A stretch of DNA of 57,696 nt, counting the filler, from Streblomastix strix (Eukaryota), in assembly GCA_008636045.1 (NCBI GenBank). It is 2 parts of 2 records of this genome, joined end to end, with 100 filler letters (N's around TTAATTAATTAA, not from the genome) between each part and the next. Parts side by side here need not be neighbours in the genome. Positions count along the whole stretch, not along the records: positions 28,921 to 57,696 come from SNRW01000114.1; 1 more part is not named here. One strand, written 5' to 3'. The translations under genes and the position numbers were made by a program. A model generated the notes under the pieces. That model was not told the origin of the DNA. It did no database searches and saw only the letters and a list, made by a program, of their open reading frames with translations. Below are positions 38,601 to 57,696 of this stretch, piece by piece. Numbering within the stretch: the first letter of the stretch is position 1; the number at the start of each line of letters is the position of its first letter.

Positions 38601-41600
38601 AAGCAACGTATGTTAATATAACAAGTGAGAAGAAACTGAAATTAATTAATTCAACTGGAGTACCATGTAACTTTGTTTGGGAGACAATAATAATGAATGG
38701 ATAAGGAGAAGCAGAATTAGATGTATTGAATGAGAATGATGATGAAGAAGAAGATTTCTTGAATGATTAAGATAAGAGCTCAACACCATAACATTATATA
38801 CCTGAGACTCCAGCTTCATAAATGAGACTTAAAAGGAAAAGATCCCAATAATTCTCTCTTACATTTAATCCACCAACTGGAGAACTTGGACCGAATAAGA
38901 CAATTGATATTATGATGTCTTTCACTCCTTATACTGGAGGACCATATGAATTAGCAGGTGTATGTCATATTGCAGATACTCATAATGCAGCAACTGGATT
39001 AATAATAAGAGCATTTGCTGACTCATTAAGTGTTAATTACTCAGTTGAAGATCCAATAACTCATGAATAACCAAATACTCCAATAAATGATGTTTATGAT
39101 TATCAAAAAGGGAAATCAATAATATTCCCAGATGACATCCCAGTTGGTTCTATTAAGCATATGTTAGTAAAACTAATTAATCCAACAACAATAACTGCCT
39201 ATTATACTCTTAAATTCATTAGATTTCATGCTCCTGCCAATGAATAAGAATTAAAAACAATGTATAGACAAAGAAAAAAGAAGAGAAATGAATAAATAAA
39301 AGAATTAAGTGAATTACAACCAATTATTGAAAGACCAGAACTATTAGAAAGTGAATAAGGAAGTAGAAAGGATTAAAATAATCCAATTAAATCTCCATTT
39401 GAAACATATTAAGGACCTCAAGATAATGATGATAAAGCTGGAGAAGATGAAGATGCAGCATTTGATGTTATGGCACCAATTGCAATAGAAAAGAAAGTTC
39501 AACCAATTGATGAATCAAAAGGAATATAATCAGGAAGTCTAATTGTAAAGAATGGAAGAGTCTTTAGAACTAAAGCATCAATACAAGAAGAATAGGAACC
39601 AAAAGGAGAAGCTGCAAAGAAGAAAAAGATTAAATAAACTTTGAATGAATTAAAGAAAGTAGCTGATGCATCCAGAGTTAATTTAAAAGTCGTTAAAGTA
39701 GACACATCAAAGAAAGTGAAAGAAAAGAATGTATCTGTGAAGACTCAAGTATCGAGTAATTAATCTGCCAATTCATTAATGACAGCTGTTGATTCTTCAT
39801 AATCCAATCAATTCCCCAAGAAACCATAAATAAGAGGATCAGCAGATGAACATAAATCATATTTTGTCAAACCATCAAAAGCATCTTCAATATTTCTGTC
39901 AAATTAAGGATAAGAATTCTGTGAAAAGGAGATAAAGAAATAATCTGAGATTAGAGAAAGCTAAATTAGATTAGGAAGAGGAAAAGGAATTGCTTTATTT
40001 CCTTCTCCATCTCCTAAAGGAATGTTATTACCTGAATCTGTACTTGTTATTGATGTTGCTTTGTATAGTAATGCATAAGGTGTTTATAGAGATAATCTAG
40101 TTGCTAGATTTTATGAAGTTTAGGGGCACATTGGTAAATAATGGAAGGAACCTGAAGATATTAATGAAAGATAATTCAATACAGAAGAAGAGAAATAAAA
40201 CTTTATTTAAGAACAATAAGAATTAAAAGATAAGAAAGACAAATATATTCGAGATCCAAAGAACTATCTAATTGACCACATAAAGGAGGCAGCTCCTCCA
40301 ATTTCTATTCCTGTTTATGCAGGAATAGTTGGAAGGGAATTGGAGTTTGATGGAGGTCCAACTTCTCTATTCCCAGAAAGATTGGATGGAGAAGATTAAT
40401 AAGAGAATGAGAAGAAGAATGAAGAATAAAGAAAAGAATTAAATGAATAAAATTATGATGAATAAATGGAATAATAAAGGAAAATCCCAAATCCTAAATT
40501 ATCTCCACTTCCATAATTATCTTTCTTACCAACTCTTAGAAATATTGGAGACTTGACAAAATAAATAAGAATTGCAAACAAATCATGCTTTGATATCCTT
40601 CTTTAATGGATTAGATATGAATAACCAAGAGAAAGACCTCCAATATTACAAGTAAGAATTGAATTTGGGAATTAATAGAAAGAAAGAAATGATGATATTA
40701 ATGATGGATCATTTAAAGGAGAAGGAAACTAATAATAATCAACAAAAATATAATAATAATAATCAAAAGAACCTTCAGATAAACCTAAAGTAATAATTGA
40801 TGCATATCATCCAAAAGAAATAAATGAAGATAAAATAATGCCTCCGTTTACAATATTCCCAGAATCAACTATTGTTAAGAGGGGTTCATCATATAATTTT
40901 GATTTATTCCTTCATACTGATTCACCTTCATTAGTTGATGGATTGAATACTTTACTATTAGAAGCAAAAGCAACTCCAATATATCCTCGAATTTCATAAA
41001 TCTAATAAGTAGGAACATTAACATAATAAACTAAATAAATGATACCAGAATTGAGATAATTATATGACTTATAAGGAAGAAGATTGAATTGGTATACTTC
41101 TGAACTAATTAAAGAGGTGAGAAGTCTTTAATTATATCCAATATTCTAAGATCAAAGATCAGGTAATATTTTCTTCTTACCTCCAACTGATCTCTCAAAT
41201 ACGAAATCTTTTTCTTCTTCATTTAAATAATCTCCTCTTCCATCATCAACTGTTAATTCCCCATTTCCTTTGGGATAATCATAGCCAATTACTGATGGAA
41301 TAATACCATACCCAAAAGGAGCTATAAATGAAAGATTGAACACTGCATTGGCTGAAACAGCATAAGATCAATCATATGCATAATAGATTCTGAATGCAAC
41401 TAACAGAGATGATGCTACAAAAGCTCTTTCAAATTAATTAGTTAAAAGATCACTATAAAAGAGATATTAGAGAATGAGAGCTGTTATTCCTCCTCCAGAA
41501 TAGTACTTAAGAAACAGAGCTATTGTTGCAATGCTAAAAAGAACTTCAAGGAAACATAGATTATCAAAAGGAGATAAATAATAATATAAATAATTAAAAG

Positions 41601-44356
41601 GAGATACTTAAATATAATTTGAAGTAGATGATTCTCCAAAGACTGCAGATGGTGATGTATCCATGAATTTCTTAATCAATGCAGTTGCTGGAAGTAAAAA
41701 TGGAGCCAGAATTAATCCATTTGCAGAAGAAGCATTACATTCAACTCCTCCACTAAGATTCCTAACAACAGTAATTGTGATTAAACCTTATTTAACACCT
41801 TCAGTTAATTAGATGAGATTCATTCTTGCACCTCCTCCTCATCCTTCAACTCCTAAACCCAAATAACTTGTTCTTACAAATACTTCATAAGCTACTCTTT
41901 CTTTTGTTGCCATTATTTCCCCACCTTTTGTATTCGTTGTTAATTAATTTGATGAAGACATTGAAACTCTGAAGAAAACTGGATCTAAGATCTTACAATA
42001 AATATCAAATGTTACGAAGAGATCAACAAGTACTGAGAATTTAGTAAAAAAAGCTTTTACATCAACAACTGCTTCACATGAAGTGATGGATTACAACTAA
42101 ATACCTCCTGTAGCAAAGACCATATCAAGAACTCCATTACCAGTTGTATTAAAAGGAGGGAAGCCTATTGCATTAACAAGGGAGGATATTATGAAGTCAT
42201 GTGGCCTTAAAGAAGATTAAATTATTAATTATACAAAGATAACCAAAAGTAAAGAAAGAGATTAAACGATTAAATCCAGTTCAACTGATAAAAATAATCT
42301 TTCTCCAGAGAAATTAAGAACTCCAAAATAATAAACCAAACCATAATCTCCATCAAAATAAGGAATGAAATAATAGTAACAATTAAATAGTAATAAAATC
42401 TCCTCTAAAACACCAAATAAGACACCAGAAACAATTGAAAGAAGAGGATTAAGCAGAAATTCATAATTAAGTGTCTCAGTTTCATAAGCTGCATTTGTAC
42501 CTCTGGGAAGTTCAACAGCCAATGCAATGCTCAATTAGAGGATATAAGAAATGAAGTATAGTCAGAATACAACACAATCAACATAACTTGTTGCTCTTTC
42601 ACCAAGGGAGAATTGTGAAATAAGTGTTTCTATTATAAATGAAGCAATAGATAATAAGAATGGAGATATTAGAGAGAAAAGAGGAATTGGAAGTGGAACT
42701 GTAATGTAAGGAAGGGAAGCTAAATAATTGGCTTTGGCAATGAAACATTGGTAAATAAATAAGAGAAGAAAAGAGAAAGAGATTGTATTGGCAAGTGATG
42801 ATTATGATATTGATGAAGATATTGGAGTTGATGGAGATGGTAATACTGGATCAATTGGTGAATAAGATGATCAGATTGAGAATAATGATGATATATATTT
42901 GGACTTTGATTATGATGATGTTGAATCTTAATCTGCAAATGCAGATACTAAATAAACAAAAGCGGATTTTAATATGAATAAATAAATTGGATAATAATAA
43001 TAATAATAAGGATTTGAATAAGAATAATAATAATAATAATAGGGTATTTCATTGGGAGGAAGAAGATTAATAAGAAAGAAACCAAGAAGAAGAAGAATAG
43101 AAGAAATAATTCTCCCTAAAGAAGAACCTCAGGCCAAATATTTAGGATTCAAAGCTGAATGGCCTGAAGATGAGGAAATTAAAGGAGAAATCGCAATATT
43201 AAATATTTCTGGTGAAGAAATGAATACTGGAAATGATTCATAAAAGAACAAAGATTCAAAAGATAAAGAAAATAACAAAGAAAGAGTAAGAATTGGATTA
43301 AGAGGTTAGATTAGACATGCATTACTATTACCATAAGTGTATCTTGCTCTTATTCAAAGAAATTAAGTAATGATAGCAGATACAACTGTCTTAAGAGTGG
43401 GTAAATTAATTAACTCTTCAGATGATTCAAAAACAGATAAAAATAGATCTAAAACAGATCGATCTAATTCATCATAGAATAACTATAAGTTTAGTAACTA
43501 ATTAATACCAAATCCTCTGTAATAAAGTATTAATCATCCAGATACATCTATAATGAATGTAGATAATCCATAATCTATTCCACCATAACCACTTTCCCCA
43601 TCTTCATAATCTATCCTTAGTATTTAACCTCCTCCTTTCTCACCATATGGATATTTCACTATTGACTTTGGTACTATAAGAATAAATCCAGAATATCCTC
43701 CTGTATTCAGATATGCAATGTTGAATGTAAGTAGTATAGATGCTCATTATAGAGTAACATTTTAAGCTCTTATAAGATCTCCAGCTGTTAGTTCAGTACT
43801 TCTACAGACTCCAGGATTAACAATTGGAAGAGCTCCACTTGCATTAACTGATTCAATACTCATCACTCCATCTACACTCACTCAATATTCTTCCATCTCA
43901 CAATAATAATCTTCATCTGCTTCACTTCCTAATGAAAAATCAAATTAAATTCCTCAGCATCTAAATATTAATCGGTCTCTATCAATTCTTGCAGGTTCAT
44001 TACATCCTGATGCTGATGCTGCCTTAATCCTTTAATAGATGAAAATAACTCCAATAAGTGGTAAAGGTACTGAAAATGAAACAGCTCGTGGACCATTCAA
44101 ACTACTCTGTGGATATCGTGGTGTTGTACCTGGACATAAAGAAGGGATGTTACAATCTACATGTCTTGAGATCGAATTCAGTTTGATAGTTCAACAATTT
44201 TATATTACATTAACATATTCATTTCTTTTTTATCTATACTCTTTATTGTCAGATCCGCATGAAGTGGGTGCCTCAGCAGCGGTACTTATGGTGGAAGTTT
44301 GTGGCGGGTAGAAATTCCCACTGTTCGTGCACGGCGACGCAACGCTCGTGGAGTGA
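35634..44356 (+). CDS. DLEC1: DLEC1/CFAP81-like ASH-domain ciliary protein (3 introns)
   Basis: PPSAQFTQYRVG...VRIVPP...GKVAPGLSVSYEILFTP...LAPPVLTLPQILDCGPC, GKGIALFP...GML...SNAQGVYRDNL and C-terminal LFVHGDATLVE* match DLEC1 motifs in order. Introns ~36432-36512, 36685-36824, 44181-44252. No in-frame TGA found. An extra upstream exon is possible (AG immediately before the ATG). Confidence 0.85.
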
Positions 44357-44678
44357 TAACCATCAATTCATACATTATTTTATTTACAATAAAATATTTT
44401 TAAATAATCCAACTTTAATTTCTCTGTTCTTCTAAGAAACTAACAGTAATAGTTTCATTTTTACCATTTCTGTGTTATTTAATTTATATATATACAATCA
44501 AATATATTGACACAAATAATATGAATTTTGATATTTTTTCTTCGATAACAATCCTGATTATAACTTGACAACAAGATATAATACTTATTTTTTTAAATCA
44601 CAAAAAAACTTAAAATTAAAGCCAATACCAATACATTTTACTAAAATTTAGTATTTTAAAGATTCATTTTTTCCATTT

Positions 44679-47051
<2,373 letters not shown>

Positions 47052-47182
47052 AGATGAAGATGAAGTAATTGTTTCAAAATTCAAATCATGAGTGAAAATA
47101 CAAAAATAAAATTCTTTTTACAAGTCTATGATCTGTATTTTTATTATAAAATATATATTAATTGAATAAATTCATTAATTAT

Positions 47183-54432
<7,250 letters not shown>

Positions 54433-55071
54433 AATTCCGACTAATAAATATCTATTAATATAAAATTAATTGTGAAATAATAAAATTTAACTTCTACGTG
54501 GAGATTGTGTAAAATTTATTTGAAATTTAGTATTTTTGTTCTAATTAAATCATTTACAAATAATTATGCAATTTTATGCATTAATATGGTTTAAATGTAT
54601 AAATTCTACAGTTTGAAATTAATTTAAAGATTAAATATAGATTAGAGCGCAAGAAATATCTGGTCGAATGTAAATTTTGTTTAATTTCATTTAAGTTCAT
54701 TGAAATAGAATTATAATGATTAAAGCTGTTGTTACTTATCCAAATGAATCAATTCAAAGTTTAAAAATGAAATTATACGTTTCTGGGCTGAATATCGATA
54801 TATGTGCCAAATTGTACAATGAAATGAGTGAAAATAATGTTCAAATATATATATTTACATAGCTACACTATAATAATAAAATATTATATAATGAATAGTA
54901 AGAAAATATAATTTAAACATTTAAGTGCTTTTTCCTCAATAACAACATGTTTTTAATCCTAAACCTAGTAACATTATGAATAATATAAAATTTAATTAAC
55001 ACATTTGAATCTATTAAATAATAGATTCTACTTATTAACATCAGGACGGTGCACTTAATATTTTTTATTTG

Positions 55072-55360
55072 TTTTTTATCCCACGCATAGAATTTATAAT
55101 ACAAATGGCTTAGCGTGATTTATTAAGATAAAAAATTACATTTATTGCATTAAATACGTAATTAAAGTTTATAGTATACAGTATTTAAGTTAGACATGTA
55201 CACCTTTTGGTTTTTGTTGATTTCCAGCGTATATTTATGTTACTAAACAAAATATTTTATAATGTACATATAAAATCTGATGATAAACCTTATACATATA
55301 TTTTTTATCCCACACATAGAATTTACAATACAAATGGCTTAGCGTGATTTATTAAGATAA
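55072..55360. repeat. 60-bp direct repeat pair in intergenic DNA
   Basis: TTTTTTATCCCACRCATAGAATTTAYAATACAAATGGCTTAGCGTGATTTATTAAGATAA at 55072-55131 and 55301-55360 (2 mismatches). Confidence 0.95.
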
Positions 55361-55408
55361 TTTTAATCAATGCGTACTTCATTTCTATATGGAGGAGTTT
55401 TTATTGAT

Positions 55409-56656
55409 ATGGATCCACCAAAAAAAGAGAATGAATAAACTATGAATTAAAATGAAAAACCTGCACCATTCTTCTAATCTTTATTAAATATACATTAACT
55501 TTTTGAATATGCAGAGAAAATAAGTTTGTTAAATTTATTCATAATTAAAATTTCTTATTGAATCATTTAATTATTATGTTTTTATTTTACTAGTAACTCG
55601 TTTAAGGATTTTATTTAAAGACTCTCTTAACAATCCCAAATAGTTTAATATAAAATAGCTGAATAACATACAAAAATAAATGATTAAACTCCACACAGTA
55701 TGCTTATTCTTTATTTAATAATATTTTATACTATTTTAAATATCAGCTTTTTGCAACTATTGATGAAGAGATCCAGAGATATGATGAATGCAAAACTATT
55801 TAGAATTCTCATTAACAATCATTAAAAGATGAAGAAGTTGTAATTTAAGAGAAATCAAGAATTGCTGTTGAATAACAGTCGATTGATCTTCTCTTCAAAT
55901 TTAGAGATACCTAAGAAGAATTTATATAAAGTATTATTTATTATATTTATTTAATTTTATTTTTTTTCAATATTTTTATAAATAGAATTACAAAAGAAGG
56001 GGTTAAATTTAATGAATAATGAATCCAAATCATTGCTCATAATAGAAAATGAATTAAATAATAATAATCTCAAAGATGAGCTAGAAGAAAATAGCTTCAA
56101 TTAATTATTAAATTTCATTTTACAATCATAACATCAAATCGAACAGATAATAAAAAATACAATAAGTATTAAAAGCAAAATTATTAATTAGGAAAGGGAA
56201 AAAGATAAAATAATGAACATTTTTGATTTAGATGATAAGAATGTTTTAATTGATTCTAATTAAGGAACATTCGAAGATAGAATTGACATTGGCATTTTAA
56301 GAAAGTAGAAAATTAGTTTGAATTTGAAGAATGTAAAAGGGAGAAAGATTGAAGAAAGTTCAAACAATAATGAAGGAAAAGAATACTTATAAACTTTGAA
56401 GTTAAGCAACATTCATTTATAATCTTTTAGATTAAATACATTACATGACAGAAGATGGAAAAGATTTGATGAATCCAAGATTGAAGATAAACATGAACCA
56501 GCCTCACCAAGATCAGATGCAATTGAAAAAGCAAAGAAAAAAAGAAAGAAGCAGATCATAATAATATTTATTCTGGTTATTATATTAATTATCGCCATTA
56601 TTACAGCTTTTATTTCAACAATTGTATATAGTAATAAAAAAGAAAATGTATATTGA
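55409..56656 (+). CDS. Divergent syntaxin (Qa-SNARE)-like tail-anchored protein, 3 introns
   Basis: Habc-like FFQSLLNIHQLFEYAEKIITRLRILFKDSLNNP, SNARE-like VLIDSNQGTFEDRID (cf. syntaxin-1 MLVESQGEMIDRIE), basic AKKKRKK, then a C-terminal TM helix IIIIFILVIILIIAIITAFISTIVY. Stop TGA56654. Confidence 0.7.
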
Positions 56657-56726
56657 ATCGATCTTATTTATTACAACAATAAATGAAATGTATTTGAATA
56701 AAACAAGAAGATAATAGGTATTTTAT

Positions 56727-57114
56727 TCACAGAGCTATCGAGAATCCTATCAGCGAGAAAGTGAGTAATGAAGCGAATGAGATTACCTTTCTTGTATTGA
56801 ACATTTCGATGAGTAATTGTGCAAAAGATGGCGAATCTAATACCTAGAAGAGAAGTGTATAAAGCTAAAAAGCAAGAATATACAAAATGAATAAAGAAAG
56901 AACACACCGAAATTCCGATGATACAAATAGCAAATACAAAAGATACGTAGAACGAGATCCAGATTAGCGGATTATACTCTCTAAAGACTTTAGGAAGCTT
57001 GCTATCATCTTAGAGATCCATAAGTTTGTTCGAGCGGCGAATTCCGCTGCTGTGTGTGCTTGCAGCGAGGTAATTCACAAGCAATTCGGTGTCCTCATTT
57101 TCCTGCTGTGTCAT
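56727..57114 (-). CDS. Small two-TM membrane protein (~107 aa), one intron 56844-56907
   Basis: MTQQENEDTELLVNYLAAS...PLIWISFYVSFVFAICIIGIS|VLDSPSFAQLLIEMFNTRKVISFASLLTFSLIGFSIAL*; GC-richer exons and a frame-preserving GT-AG intron. Confidence 0.6.
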
Positions 57115-57696
57115 TACTAAGACGAATATTTAAAATGATAATAAAACAATAGTAAATTGTAAAAATTAATAATAATATTAGCTAATATCGTTGAATTGGA
57201 GCAAAACGACGATTTTTTTTGTTCGTTTGCAAATTCTGTCCCAAATCCACTTTCATTCAAAATAACAATTAAAATTGATTAATAAATTACTTATTCTGCA
57301 ATTTTAGTTTTTAGTTACTATTTTAATTCAATACTTTTCTCTTCTTCTTTTAATTTTTTCTCCTTATTTTCTTTCTTCTCTTTTCTTTCTCAATTCATCT
57401 ATTCATGCCTTTTGATTTGTTTCTATTTGAATAATTCACGTAATTTCGCTTTTTCTTATCTTCATATTTCTTTTTTTCCCAATACAATTGGAATATAAAT
57501 ACATTCTCATCTTTACCCTGATCCTGGATTTTCAGGTTCTTCTTATATTTATTATTTACTTTCATTTTTATAAAAATTTTGATATGATTTACCTAACTGT
57601 ATATTTATGAATTTATTGTGAACAAGAAGTGATTTAAAAGGAAAGCTACCCTCGAATAAAAAATATTAAAAACATATTCGGAGTGTAAATTATTAT

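Noticed and set aside
54716..54791. Possible C/D-box snoRNA (ATGATT...CTGA) or short ORF MIKAVVTYPNES...
   Set aside because: Imperfect C box, no terminal stem or verifiable rRNA guide; the ORF has no recognisable homology.

Overview
Very AT-rich eukaryotic DNA with short spliceosomal introns. It does not use the standard code, so the supplied ORF track is mostly spurious. TAA/TAG read as Gln and every recognisable gene ends in TGA. The code, the gene families and the DIRS element point to an oxymonad-like metamonad such as Streblomastix (inference). From left to right, read by manual translation: the 3' end of a PARP/Gig2-like ADP-ribosyltransferase; a decayed DIRS retrotransposon (gag, RT-RNaseH-methyltransferase, truncated third ORF); a decayed Polinton/Maverick-like endogenous virus (capsid-like gene, fibre-like gene, accessory ORFs); three lineage-specific helical-repeat genes; an 8.3-kb SH3-NEK kinase-repeat gene; an AP-3 beta fragment; an artificial N/TTAATTAATTAA join; a giant POT1-like OB-fold ORF; DLEC1/CFAP81; PA2G4/EBP1; a large hypothetical gene broken by an out-of-frame 1.28-kb duplication; a divergent syntaxin; and a small membrane protein. 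The top observation is that several otherwise open host ORFs contain isolated in-frame TGA codons (31259, 31568, 32534, 15179, 53827, also 14089/14107 and 57390-57509) in poorly constrained segments, while TGA is also the only terminator. This suggests a context-dependent code with no dedicated stop (UAR=Gln, UGA=stop or sense, perhaps Trp). All homology calls are from motif recognition, not database searches.
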